DNA of 62,949 bases, counting the filler, from Trichomonas gallinae (lineage: Eukaryota), in NCBI GenBank assembly GCA_008369845.1. It is 6 parts of 6 records of this genome, joined end to end, with 100 filler letters (N's around TTAATTAATTAA, not from the genome) between each part and the next. Parts side by side here need not be neighbours in the genome. Positions count along the whole stretch, not along the records: positions 6,634 to 33,959 come from MRSU01001560.1; 5 more parts are not named here. One strand, given 5' to 3'. Both the position numbers and the translations under genes were made by a program. Shown here one piece after another: positions 11,193 to 22,626 of the stretch; the first letter of the stretch is position 1; every line of letters starts with the position of its first letter. Under the pieces are notes generated by a model. The model had not been told where the DNA came from. It saw only the letters and a list, made by a program, of their open reading frames with translations, and did no database searches.

Positions 11193-11723
11193 ATGAACTA
11201 TAAAGAGCTCATGAAATCGATGCAGCTGGACACACAGAAGAGGAAGTTCAACAAGCTGGAAGACGAGCTGATCCTAAAAATGCATGGCATGTATGGTAAA
11301 AAATGCTGGAAAGAAGTTGGTCGTATGTTAGGTAGAAACCCGAGAACATGCCGTGAAAGATATAGAAACTATCTCTCGCAAACAATAGAAACAAAGCCAT
11401 GGTCTGATGAAGAAGATGATATACTTAGAGCGAAATACGAGGAAATTGGTCCAAGATGGATGGAATTGACGCGTTATTTACCAGGTAGAACAGACATTAA
11501 TATCAAGAACCGATGGGCTCTATTGTTACGCCATAAGGAAAAGAACAGACTGAAGGCGGAAGCCAACAATAAACTACTTCAATCTGTTTATTCTGATCCG
11601 GCTCAACAACAAATGACTGTTGAACAAGGACAAGTCTCTAATACATATGAACAAGAACACGATCCGTTTTATTTCATCGACGATGATTTTGATGATGGTT
11701 TCCTTTTCGATTATTACAATTGA
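11193..11723 (+). CDS. Two-repeat Myb-like DNA-binding protein
   Basis: KFNKLEDELI...W...GRNPRTCRERYRNYL and PWSDEEDDIL...GPRW...PGRTDINIKNRW. A TCATTT Inr-like motif lies just upstream. Confidence 0.92.
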   Translation: MNYKELMKSMQLDTQKRKFNKLEDELILKMHGMYGKKCWKEVGRMLGRNPRTCRERYRNYLSQTIETKPWSDEEDDILRAKYEEIGPRWMELTRYLPGRTDINIKNRWALLLRHKEKNRLKAEANNKLLQSVYSDPAQQQMTVEQGQVSNTYEQEHDPFYFIDDDFDDGFLFDYYN

Positions 11724-13500
11724 AATTATGCATAGCTGTATCATGTATCGTCAGCATGACTTGTTAGTTTAATTCTTTGTTATAAAATGTAAGACATTGT
11801 TTGTAAAATAAAATATATTTTCAAAAAAATTAATCTCATATTTCCTTAAAATGACATTGATATATATCAAGGAAATGACATCATACATTCTAGAAATATA
11901 AACAAAATATATCTATGCTTTACCGATTAATTATTTTGTCTCTTTTAAAATAAAACTATCTTTGAGATATAATAGATATAGCTTATATTTAAATTATGTT
12001 TGTATAAAACTCATCAATTTAATTCATGACATTGATATTATTGTTATTTGAGTTTTGATTAAAATGATGTTTTAAGTAGCCAAAAGTGACATTGATATCT
12101 GGTATCCGCACAGCCCTTCACAATTATTTGTGTGTTTTGATAACATGCGTTAATTTTTATTCAGACATGTTTATCTTTATGGTATTAATAGATTATATCT
12201 ATTTCGAATTCTTTATTTAAAGCGGATAAATTTCTCTCAAATTGAGTCCATTCAATGAAAAAATATCTATTTGATTTGCGCTGATTTGTTAATATTAAAA
12301 ATAATAATGGCAATAATTAAAATATCTCTTGAAATTAAAAATTCTTTCTAAAGAAATTCAAACAGATAATGGCAATTAATGTTATTTTGGAATCATTTCC
12401 GAATGATTCGATTTATATTTATTTTTCAGATATTAAGCTATGTAGAACGGTTGCGGAATATGAATAAACGATGTTGTTAGCACGATATGATTCATTCGTA
12501 ATTGCATTATCTTTAATTTATTATTTTTATGATTAAATTGATGACTCAAAATTATGATCAATATTTTAACCCTTAGGGTGAAGCTTATTGATTTGTCCAG
12601 TCATTTTCAATGTTTTCTTAGGATTGGAAAATGAAAACGAATTTGACATTGTAAAATTAATTTTGTCAATTTTTATTACCGATCATTGAACTCCTTTTAT
12701 TCTTATTCTAAGCGATAGAATATGCTTTAAAGCTCTTTTCTTTTCATTCCTGAAATGTATTATGCTTTTTGGAATGCCTATATAACAGTTTATCTTTCTT
12801 TTTGATTGTTATTGCATTATCCTTTCCCAGAAATGTTTTATTTTAATTTTCGTGGTTAATAATCGCGATGGAATCATCTTGGTCAGTTCATTTCCATCAT
12901 AAATTGAATATTAATTTTGTTTATATTTTTAGAAAATTTTATAAATTCTCGTGTGTGAACAAGATAATGATATTATAATTTGATGTAAATTTCTAAATCT
13001 CAACACCAAAATTGATTTTTTAAAAAAATACTTATAAGTCATTAAGGATATTGCGGATATAAATTACCCGTATGTTTCGCGTCATATTGAAATGTTTTTG
13101 TTTCGAATTCCTTCCAATTTTTGATTTCAACAATATCATTTTCGAAAATGAAATTTACATGCATGACTGTATTTTCAAAGCCAATAGAAATAGTTCATAA
13201 GTATAGATCGTTGTTCTTTCATGAAAAAAATAATAAATTACACAAGTGTGCGTTTCAAAATAAGATACAATAATAGAGGATATACGGTTTTAATTCCGGT
13301 TCCATAATCGTTAGTACGTATATGACTAAAGTGATGATTTTCTCGATAAAATCTATCTTGAGAGTGAAGTAAGTTTAGAAACTGCTACTTCAAATGGGTT
13401 ATTTGGTTATCTTCGCCTTTATGATTAAAGCAAAACACAGATAGTTTTGTCCTTTCATGACCTTTTTGTTAGGCCTAAATTAAGGCTGTTTTATTGTATT

Positions 13501-13576
13501 TGGTTTTTGTGTTAACATCAATTCCTGGAATTTGTAAAAGATGCCGAACAATTTTAAAGAGATCTTCATATCCAGG
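13501..13576 (-). pseudogene. Ankyrin-repeat remnant
   Basis: Minus strand reads GYEDLFKIVRHLLQIPGIDVNTK, the same LLxxPGIDVN signature as the other ankyrin fragments. Confidence 0.55.
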
Positions 13577-14516
13577 TATAACCAAGCCCACTTCCATCCA
13601 AAATCAGTCGATTTAGAAGAAATATGAGAAATCCATCAGAAATATATCAACAATTTTATTGCTACAAATTCCTATAATAATGCGAACAAACAGAAAGCTG
13701 TGGCTGCAATTAAATCTAGTGAATTTTATGGATTTCATAAAATCAAATAACATTGCTTGAAATGATAAATATTTAAACAAGCATCCTATTTTGGTATTTT
13801 TCCTGGAATTCATATATATCTAGATTTTATTTATATCGCATTCATAATTTGTTATAAGGAAAAAAAATATTTTAATTTTTTATTTTTAGCATAAACATTA
13901 TGATTTAATATTAAAAATAGGGCTTATGAGTCGGGCATCTACATATGATGACTTGCAAAACCTGATTAAACACATTTTATAATTTTGCATTTTTGAAAAT
14001 CTCATTATAAAGGGAATAGTATTGATAAATTGCATTTATTGACAATGCTAATAATAAATATGTTATTTAAATTGTGTCAATGACAATTGATTTTATTATT
14101 AAAAATTGGGGGTAAAATCCTATAAAAGGGTGTGGTTAATTAAATAACCTTAACAAAAATCTCGCAAATTGTAATATTCTACTCTACTGGAAATGTAGAA
14201 TATATATAAAAAAACTTGTGAAAAGTTTATTTTATCGATAATTATTCATTGAATTTTTGCAATATCGATGATTATTGGCGCACATATTTAAAGCGTAAAA
14301 ACGTAAAATTTGCTAATATTTCAAATTTTGAGAAACCTAAGAATTTTGTTATGAAAATTTTCTTTGATATAAATAAATACTATAAAAAAATAATGCTATT
14401 TTACAATATTCGCAAAAAAATTGCGCGTCCATTGAAAATGTGAATATGATGCTTATGACATATATAGTCGTATTTTTCAGTTTTATTTTTTGTACACTTT
14501 TTTTAACAAAAAAACT

Positions 14517-17500
14517 ATGGATGGTTATAGATTTCCTATCTGGAACAATCTTTCTGGATGGAGTAACTTCTACCATTTCTTCCATCTCATATGTTATAAA
14601 CAGGATAGCTTTCCCGTGATCAAAAGAGTGATAGAACAGTGGATTGCAAATATTTGGTTCATTAAACTATCTATGTACGCTATTCTGATACGATTAGCAT
14701 CGAATTCGTTCTTTTCTAAAATAGCTGGTGAAATCCTTTATCAATTAACACTGTTAGAATTCATCGGATTTAATTTCATTACCTTATTTTCTTTCGCTTT
14801 TGCATTGATTTTCACTGTTTATTTACTTTACTACTATCACCATCGTGACAACCTTATGCTTCATCACGCAGCAACGCCGATTTGCTTCATTTTGCAAGAT
14901 ATTTCACCGTTATTCGTAAATTATGTATCGGGATGCACAATGCATTATATAGAAGAGTTCATTTTGGGCGAAAGGCCAATCCTATTATTCATATTGGCAG
15001 TCATTACGTTCATAATTTTTAACATTTACACATTTCTTGGCGCACTTTTTCATCACAGTCGATCGAAACGAGATTCTGTGTGTCACTCATTTTGGAGGCA
15101 CATAGATTTCTTTAAAATTAACTTATCGATAAATTTGATCCAACAATTATGGGCAATACGTGTTATATACTCAAAGGGCATATTTCCCTGCATGGGAATA
15201 AGCTTCTTGTGTTCTCTTGTAATGCTAGGATGGGTTGCTGGAATTCCATATTATACAAAAGCGTCAAATGCTTACGCATGTGAAGTATTCGGTGTTTCCG
15301 CTACATATTTAGTAGTAGAAATAGTTTATTACTCGAAATGGATCAATCTATACGTATTCACATTTCTTTTGTTCTTATTATATCCATTATGGAAGTCAGT
15401 CTTATCACATGCAGTGTTTGAAACCTATTTGGCTTTATACGAAAGGTCTTTCAAAAAGAATTTCAATGAATTTCAAGATTTAGATAATTTCATATATTTA
15501 CCAAGTATTTCCACGAGAAAATTAAAGAATCTGCTGCATTATGCATTAATGATAAAGCACGAAGATCTACATTCATTGTTAATCGCTGCAATCGATTCAG
15601 ATCGCAGCGATGAACTAACAATCGAATGCACTAAGATGCTGATGATTAGCTCATCGATACCACACAGAATACGCGAAAAATTATACAATATTAGCTTCTC
15701 AAATTTATCTTTATCTTCAAAACACTTTTTATGCGAAATACAATACGAAATCAACAAACTTAGACCATTAACAGAAGAAATCAATGATTATTGCACCTTT
15801 TTACGCGATCAAAAACAAAAATCAAATATATCTTTATACGCGTTCATTAATTCACTATGTGATACACATTACAAAGATTATCAATACCAACTAATTCTTA
15901 ATTTTGCAATGTCCGTCCATGATTTTAAATTAATGGCTGAATATTCATATAATTCCAATATTTTATCGCAAGAAATCGCAGAATTGTATCAGGACTATCT
16001 CAATAAAGTTGCTGGAGATATTTGCATGAGTGATATCATCAAAAAACGTGCAGCACAGAGCAAAAACATTTTAATCATGACAACAAACGACAAAGCGCCA
16101 ATAAAAATCGACGATACAGAAGAAAAGGTTGATTTGAACGAAATTGCTGAAACTTCACGTAAGATTTCTATGCAGAAATTAATAGATTTGACGCCAAATT
16201 TTCCTTTAATTATATTTGTTTTAGTTGGCATGGCTTTGTTCATTGATTTGTTTTTACCAGCTCTAACTATGAACTCTTATGTTGCTTCCATCGAATTTAA
16301 TCCAACTCAATACTTTGATTATCACAATTCTCCTCCTTTCTTCAAAGCATACTATCTTGATGCTACACTTGAGGCATATATGAGGTCCTTTGAATGCACA
16401 CTTGGAAATCAATCGATTTTTGCGGCAACTGAATGGATAGGTTTTCATGCTTTGATGCAATACTTAAACAAAGCCATTTGTCCAACAGATGGTAAGTTTA
16501 TAATGAACATCACATCATTAGATTCTCTCGATCTCAAAATCAAATTTTATAATTTATTTTCTCAAGTGCATATCTTCTTGAAGAGCGATCCACATGCATG
16601 GGTGACACTTCACAACACCTATGATACTATGAATGACCTGTTTAATCAATTTGATCCAATTGCACAAAGATATATCAACTGTTCTGATGCTGTTAAGATC
16701 AATTTGAGGACGAATAATATCCTTAACAACTTTTATCTGACTATTTCACTTCTTGCTCTCTTTGCAATCGTCGTAATTTTTCTTCCAAAAAGATATATCA
16801 TGCAAATGATACATATTTTCTCTGGAATTGAAGTCTCCACGCTCGAGGAATTCCGTTCAGCTCTTTTCCTTCAAGCTCATTCCAATAAAATGGTTAAATA
16901 TCGAAGTAGCGAAATTAATCAAGATGGTGCTTTAGATTTGGAAGAAATTGAAACTGATGAAGGTCAATTCGCATACGATCATAGTGATTATTCGGATCTA
17001 CTCGAACAATCTGTCACAGCTCCTCTTCATCTTTCGATATTTGATCCTTCTCGTGGAATTACGGTTTTTATTTACACATTGATCATATTTATAGTCAAAT
17101 ATGCTGCAGCTCTTGTTTGCATTTACAATTATTCGCTAAATGTGACTTCTGTCGTTGAAGAAAATCTTCAGACTGAAAAATCGATAAATGCAGCTTCAAC
17201 ATTGTTGCTAAACCTCAATGGAGTCATGGACTCACTAATAACTAATCAAAACGAGGTTCCTGCAAAGATTAATATTTCAAAAATTTCACATTCAAAATTG
17301 ATCGAAATACTCAACAAATACAATAATTTTATCGATGAATACTCGTCAAAAAACGAATCAGAAAAGATAGAATTCGTTAAAGAAATCGAATCAGAAATAA
17401 GTTCGTTACTTCTTGGAGATTTCATGAAAAAGTCGACGTATAATGTTATATTTATAGGTGAGATGGCGGAATGCATCTATTGGATTGTTATTTTCATTCT

Positions 17501-18701
17501 AACTTTGTCATTAACTTTAATTTATTCGAGATTCTATATTTTTCTTCGCGAGTCAGTACTTAACATCAAAAGATTAGTTATTGTCCTCCACAGCAAAGTC
17601 TCACCGACAGAGTCAATCATGATAAACTCATTAACTCCAGGCTCAAAAGACAAAAATGAAGAAATCGACATGGATAACTTCTCTCAGGTCATCATATCTC
17701 AGCTCCGCCTTCCTGTTATATTCTTCGACTCAGAATTTATTATCATTGGGTTCTACCAGATGCTCGCTGCACAGCTGGGTTATTCAGTTTTCGAAGCAAA
17801 CGGAATGAATTTAGAAAAAATTATTCCTGTCAACAAAAATGAAGATTTCTATGACTACATTAATCTCATGTTCGGTCCTTATGGTGTCAAAGCAATCCAT
17901 ACCTTTAACCTAACATGCTACTCGAAGGAAAACTGCTTCATCGAGTTCGCGACTTATCTGATTCCTATTGAAAAATCAGGTCGATTAATTTTCGGTTTGT
18001 TAATGCGAAATTTGACAGAGATCAAGATAATGAAAGACGAATTACAGGCATTAAGCAAGAAACTTCAAGTGTTGTTGCATAGAATAATGCCGAGACCAGT
18101 CGCAGATCTTATATTATCGAGCAAAGTTCCGAATATCTTCGTTTGCGATAATTGCGCTGTTCTCGCTGTCGCATTGAAGCATCAAACAAACATCGGAGCT
18201 AAGGATTTGAAGTTCGATGCCACTGATATATCAGAAGTAGCCATTTCGATAATGGACCAGGAGCTGACAAAATATCCAAATATACATAGGATAAGGACAT
18301 TTAATGGAGTTTTCTTGTTCGTCAGCGGATTTTTTACAAAAATTTCTCCGAATGAAGCAATTCAAGATTTGCTCAATTTTTCGAATAATGCTGCAGCTAA
18401 CATCAACAGATCGCTAGAGTTCCACTCTTTCTTTACTGGTGTCATAAACTACGGAGGCCCTGTTTTCGGGTACATGTCTGGAATAACGAAAACTTTGTTC
18501 GATATGTTATCGAAGATGTTGATTGATACTTTTGATTATATTGACATTGCGCCGCCGGGAAAACTCGTTGTATACAAAGATGCCTACAAGCACCTAGATA
18601 ATAAGCAGGCATTCATTAAATACACGCCAAATAATAGAAATACTGATCGTGAATTTTATATCATGCATTCCTACCTAGGCATGCAGTTCGAAAGTGATTA
18701 G
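14517..18701 (+). CDS. Transmembrane adenylate/guanylate cyclase family protein (multi-TM, PAS-like, class III cyclase domain); catalytic residues degenerate
   Basis: Many hydrophobic segments, a PAS-like region (LPVIFFDSEFIIIGF...LGYS...GMNLEKIIP), the helical motif LLHRIMPRPVADLI, and the cyclase motif GVINYGGPVFGYMSG...FDM. First ATG at 14517. Confidence 0.8.
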   Translation: MDGYRFPIWNNLSGWSNFYHFFHLICYKQDSFPVIKRVIEQWIANIWFIKLSMYAILIRLASNSFFSKIAGEILYQLTLLEFIGFNFITLFSFAFALIFTVYLLYYYHHRDNLMLHHAATPICFILQDISPLFVNYVSGCTMHYIEEFILGERPILLFILAVITFIIFNIYTFLGALFHHSRSKRDSVCHSFWRHIDFFKINLSINLIQQLWAIRVIYSKGIFPCMGISFLCSLVMLGWVAGIPYYTKASNAYACEVFGVSATYLVVEIVYYSKWINLYVFTFLLFLLYPLWKSVLSHAVFETYLALYERSFKKNFNEFQDLDNFIYLPSISTRKLKNLLHYALMIKHEDLHSLLIAAIDSDRSDELTIECTKMLMISSSIPHRIREKLYNISFSNLSLSSKHFLCEIQYEINKLRPLTEEINDYCTFLRDQKQKSNISLYAFINSLCDTHYKDYQYQLILNFAMSVHDFKLMAEYSYNSNILSQEIAELYQDYLNKVAGDICMSDIIKKRAAQSKNILIMTTNDKAPIKIDDTEEKVDLNEIAETSRKISMQKLIDLTPNFPLIIFVLVGMALFIDLFLPALTMNSYVASIEFNPTQYFDYHNSPPFFKAYYLDATLEAYMRSFECTLGNQSIFAATEWIGFHALMQYLNKAICPTDGKFIMNITSLDSLDLKIKFYNLFSQVHIFLKSDPHAWVTLHNTYDTMNDLFNQFDPIAQRYINCSDAVKINLRTNNILNNFYLTISLLALFAIVVIFLPKRYIMQMIHIFSGIEVSTLEEFRSALFLQAHSNKMVKYRSSEINQDGALDLEEIETDEGQFAYDHSDYSDLLEQSVTAPLHLSIFDPSRGITVFIYTLIIFIVKYAAALVCIYNYSLNVTSVVEENLQTEKSINAASTLLLNLNGVMDSLITNQNEVPAKINISKISHSKLIEILNKYNNFIDEYSSKNESEKIEFVKEIESEISSLLLGDFMKKSTYNVIFIGEMAECIYWIVIFILTLSLTLIYSRFYIFLRESVLNIKRLVIVLHSKVSPTESIMINSLTPGSKDKNEEIDMDNFSQVIISQLRLPVIFFDSEFIIIGFYQMLAAQLGYSVFEANGMNLEKIIPVNKNEDFYDYINLMFGPYGVKAIHTFNLTCYSKENCFIEFATYLIPIEKSGRLIFGLLMRNLTEIKIMKDELQALSKKLQVLLHRIMPRPVADLILSSKVPNIFVCDNCAVLAVALKHQTNIGAKDLKFDATDISEVAISIMDQELTKYPNIHRIRTFNGVFLFVSGFFTKISPNEAIQDLLNFSNNAAANINRSLEFHSFFTGVINYGGPVFGYMSGITKTLFDMLSKMLIDTFDYIDIAPPGKLVVYKDAYKHLDNKQAFIKYTPNNRNTDREFYIMHSYLGMQFESD

Positions 18702-19606
18702 CTTTATATATATTCATGTTTTGTTTTTATTTATATTATATAAACTGTTTATGTATAGATTTTAAATTTGTAAATTATATTAACACCTCCAATAAAATAT
18801 CTTTTCTTTTTGGACCTGTGTTTTGACATTATAGCAATTTCGATAAGAATTTTTAAATATATTATTTATTTGAAAAAAATATATCTTGAAAAATAAATTC
18901 AAATTTTTGGAACTATTAGACTATCAAATATGGTGCCAAATTTCAATACTTTCATAAAAAGATTTCTTAATGATATAATATAACTTATATCTTGAGGGAT
19001 ATTAGCAATTTATGTCAAGGAAAATCTGGTATTATGCATATATAAAAGATATTAAGTAAGTTGTTGTGATATCATTTATATAAATTGCTGAGATTTTCAA
19101 GAAACATTATTTGAACATGATTTTTGATTTGAAAATGATTTTTGATTTGTAAATTAATTTATATGTCAGAAATATTTCGAATTTACATTTTACAATTTAA
19201 AAATCATATGTAAATTTTATTTACATGTCATTTTTAAAATCTGCTATTTGAGCAAAATATGAATGACATACATGATTTATAACCATTTTGCATAAGATTT
19301 ATTGGAAGAAAAACTATATTTGACAAAAAATTATGATGAATTTTTAATTTTATGCAATATTAAAACTCAATAGCCCAAATAATAATAAATTACGTAAGTA
19401 TTTTGGTCAAATAATATTCATGTGGAAAGATACGATTAAGAAAAACGGTTTTAATCGTCTTATATGCAACAATTCTGATTTTTCTAAAAATAAAAGCAGT
19501 ATAGAATAAAATATCCGAATATAAAATAAAATGAATAAAAAAAATTTTCTTTCTATGTAAACTTTACAAGACGATCGGCTCCGGTTTTTGTAGATCTAAA
19601 ACATAG

Positions 19607-20119
19607 ATGTCCTACTTTCTCACTGTAGACCCATACAACTTTGGCCTTTCCGGCGCTGGCTTCTGCGTTGGTTTGTCCACTCTTGGCGCTGGCTGGGGTA
19701 TTTGGACATGCGGCACATCTTCTTGCGGCACAGCCTCAATTTCAGGTAAAATTGCAATGAGAGATATTATGAACCTCATTCTTTGCGAAGTTATCGCTAT
19801 TTACGGTCTTATTATGTCTATTGTACTTCAGGGTCGTATTGCCAATCCAAATGCTAACACAGAATATGATTATTTTAGGTACACATACCACGCTGGCTAT
19901 TGCTTATTCTTTAGTGGTTTAGTACAAGGATTCTGCAGTTTTGCTGCTGGCCTCGCTATTGGTGTCGTCGGTGCTACAATCGCAATTGTTTGCCACCGTG
20001 ATGCAGATTTGTTTTTCAAACTTCTTATTGTTCAGATTTTCTCAGAGCTTATCGGTATCATGGGTCTTCTCGTTTGCTTACTTACCTCAATGAGAGGCAA
20101 ATATAATCCAACAAGTTAA
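19607..20119 (+). CDS. VMA16: V-type H+-ATPase proteolipid subunit, c''-like (four helices)
   Basis: GLSTLGAGWGIW, NLILCEVIAIYGLI, GYCLFFSGLVQGF and LFFKLLIVQIF match the Vma16/ATP6V0B pattern. Confidence 0.85.
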   Translation: MSYFLTVDPYNFGLSGAGFCVGLSTLGAGWGIWTCGTSSCGTASISGKIAMRDIMNLILCEVIAIYGLIMSIVLQGRIANPNANTEYDYFRYTYHAGYCLFFSGLVQGFCSFAAGLAIGVVGATIAIVCHRDADLFFKLLIVQIFSELIGIMGLLVCLLTSMRGKYNPTS

Positions 20120-20433
20120 AAGTGTAAGTCAAAGCAACTATCCCATAAAATAAACTTTCTGCTCTTTTTTAATTAAATATAATTTACTATTAATTAAATT
20201 CGACAAAATTAATTTTTAGTCATAAAAAAAACATGTTTCGAATTTGTAACATATAAATACTACAAATATGGCCTTGATTTCTCAATAGCTGAGACAAAAA
20301 AATATTTTTGATAAAATTATTAAAACTAAATACAAGGGTTTAAATAGCATAATATAAAAACAAATATAATATAAACAATATATCAACGAAGAAATGCAAC
20401 GTTGAAAAATAATATAATATAATTTCTAAATAA

Positions 20434-21102
20434 TCAAATCGCAGTATTACTAGCTGTAACTCGTGGAACTTTGCTCTGTTCTTTTCCTGCCATCAAAGGA
20501 GTTTCTTCATTTTCTTCTTCCTCTGATGCTTCTATTCCTTCGCCGCTGGCCTGTACTGAGGAAATTAGAAAGCATGAAACGAGTTGTAAGGATGAAATAA
20601 TGACTAATAAAATTATTTTTGATCTAATTGAAGGGAAAATTGCTTTTGAAATAGCAGGAACACATCCTCTGATATATGATCTGCATGTTTGATCCTTTAT
20701 ATCTCTTGGTTCCATAAATCCGCAGCATTTAAATTGTTGCGTTAAAGCGCGAAAGAAAGCTTGAGTGTGATTTTTATGAAATTCTTCTTTATAACGATGA
20801 AAATATGCGTGTGGTGATACTATAAAAGGCATAATTAAAACTACGTTAACAAAAATGACGAGATATATGCTTCTGATGATTAAATTGGCTAGAAACTCCT
20901 TTTGGTAGAATCTGTATATGATCATTATTATTGATACGATGATATTAAGCACCATGTCTATTATTTCTCGATACCATAATATCATTAGGAAATGGGAAAG
21001 ATTTGTACGACCAAGCCAGTCAAGAGTGCTAAAAGAAATGAAAATGTCCAACAATGGTACGGATGCTTGAATAAATAAAGCAGCGTAATATTGTTTTCCC
21101 AT
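20434..21102 (-). CDS. Tetraspanin-like membrane protein
   Basis: Three N-terminal hydrophobic segments, a large loop with CCG (QQFKCCGF) and two more Cys (GCV), a fourth TM and an acidic tail. Confidence 0.65.
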   Translation of the reverse strand: MGKQYYAALFIQASVPLLDIFISFSTLDWLGRTNLSHFLMILWYREIIDMVLNIIVSIIMIIYRFYQKEFLANLIIRSIYLVIFVNVVLIMPFIVSPHAYFHRYKEEFHKNHTQAFFRALTQQFKCCGFMEPRDIKDQTCRSYIRGCVPAISKAIFPSIRSKIILLVIISSLQLVSCFLISSVQASGEGIEASEEEENEETPLMAGKEQSKVPRVTASNTAI

Positions 21103-21478
21103 CTATTTTAATAAAAAATGATTTATATAATTCAAACAAAGTTCTAAATTTTGAAGCCAAATTCATCTTTATATACCAAAATATCAGAAAATTGATTAAA
21201 AATTCGAAATTTTTAATTTAATTTTAAAAATTTTGTTTCCCATCCTAAACAACTATGATTAATCATTTTATTCTCTAAAATCAAAGCTTTTGAAAATTTT
21301 TGACTAAAAATTGAAGCACAAACTAATGATGTCGAACCTGAATTTTTTATATCAATCTGGTTTAGTAAAATGGTTATACATCTCATAGACCTAAATTTGG
21401 GTTTCTTATTTATCAAAAAAGTGACAGTGTTATAAATAATAAAAAGTGACGAATTTTCGTTTGAAATTTAAAAAAAAA

Positions 21479-22024
21479 ATGTCGGCGCAATTAGCAGTCA
21501 GTGTATCAGGGCAAATCCGTTCCTGCACAGTCAAAAACTCCTCAGACATATTCTGCAAGTTTGCGTTTCAAGCTGGTCATGAATGGTCCATTGTATCTGG
21601 AATAGACGATGGTGTTACTCAAGGCTCGCGTACAAATCTCGATAACACCGCTATTTGGAACTACCCTATCGATATTATATTCCAATCACCGCGTCCAACA
21701 GGCTGGCCTCAGCTGATTGTTGCTGTATATGGTGAAAATACTTTCGGCAACGAAACTGTTATCGGTTATGGAGCTGCTTATGTTCCTATGCAGCCAGGTA
21801 CACACGAGGTCAACATTCCTTTGTTCACAAGAGTACCAACGACTTTTGCACAGAGATTCGCTTCTTGGTTCACAGGATCAATGCCTGAAACTATACAATT
21901 CAACTTGATTGCTGGCGGTGACTCAAGAGAAATTATTAAGACAGAATCAAGAGGATATATTACAGTTTCGTTTAATACAGTTTTAACAGGATTAAACAAG
22001 CTTGACCTCACCGTCAAGTCGTAA
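21479..22024 (+). CDS. B9D1: B9 domain ciliary transition-zone protein
   Basis: SGQI...W.IVSG..DGVTQ...IWNYPIDI.F.S..PTGWPQL.V.VYG...FG...V.GYG...VP..PG.H. The ATG at 21479 follows two AAAGTGAC motifs. Confidence 0.88.
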   Translation: MSAQLAVSVSGQIRSCTVKNSSDIFCKFAFQAGHEWSIVSGIDDGVTQGSRTNLDNTAIWNYPIDIIFQSPRPTGWPQLIVAVYGENTFGNETVIGYGAAYVPMQPGTHEVNIPLFTRVPTTFAQRFASWFTGSMPETIQFNLIAGGDSREIIKTESRGYITVSFNTVLTGLNKLDLTVKS

Positions 22025-22626
22025 TCCTTTATCTTAATTATAAGTTATATTATTTTTAATTGTTAGGATCCTTAAACTTTGGTTTTTTATGTCTTTTAAT
22101 TCGATATTTTTATTTGTTCGATCATGCTTATAATAATGATATAGTTATTCAAATTCGCTAACGAAAATATATTTTATTTTCTAAAATCAATGCTAATCAT
22201 GCGTTTTATTAATGTATATTTAATATCTAATGTGTACAGATTAATTCATTAGAATGTATCAAGCTAATTCACATTATAATATTTTTTCAAAAATATTTAT
22301 CTGAATAAACACTTACTAGTATTAGTATATAAACTTTTATAGACTGATATAATAAGTATATGATATACAAAACTTGTAATTTATATCAAAATAGTTCCAT
22401 TAATTTAATTTATTGGATTTGAAGCTCATAATCAAGATATATTCATAGATATAATCTTCTAATGATGTTTAAATGAGTCTAACTTATACATTCATGAGTA
22501 ATTTGTTGAATTAGAAATGAATAACAAAAGTTTGTAGGTAAAAAGTGAAATATAGTAAATAAATAAGCTAAAAATCAGAATTTTTAAAAATTTTATTTGT
22601 TAGATTTTGTCACTTTTTAAGAACCA

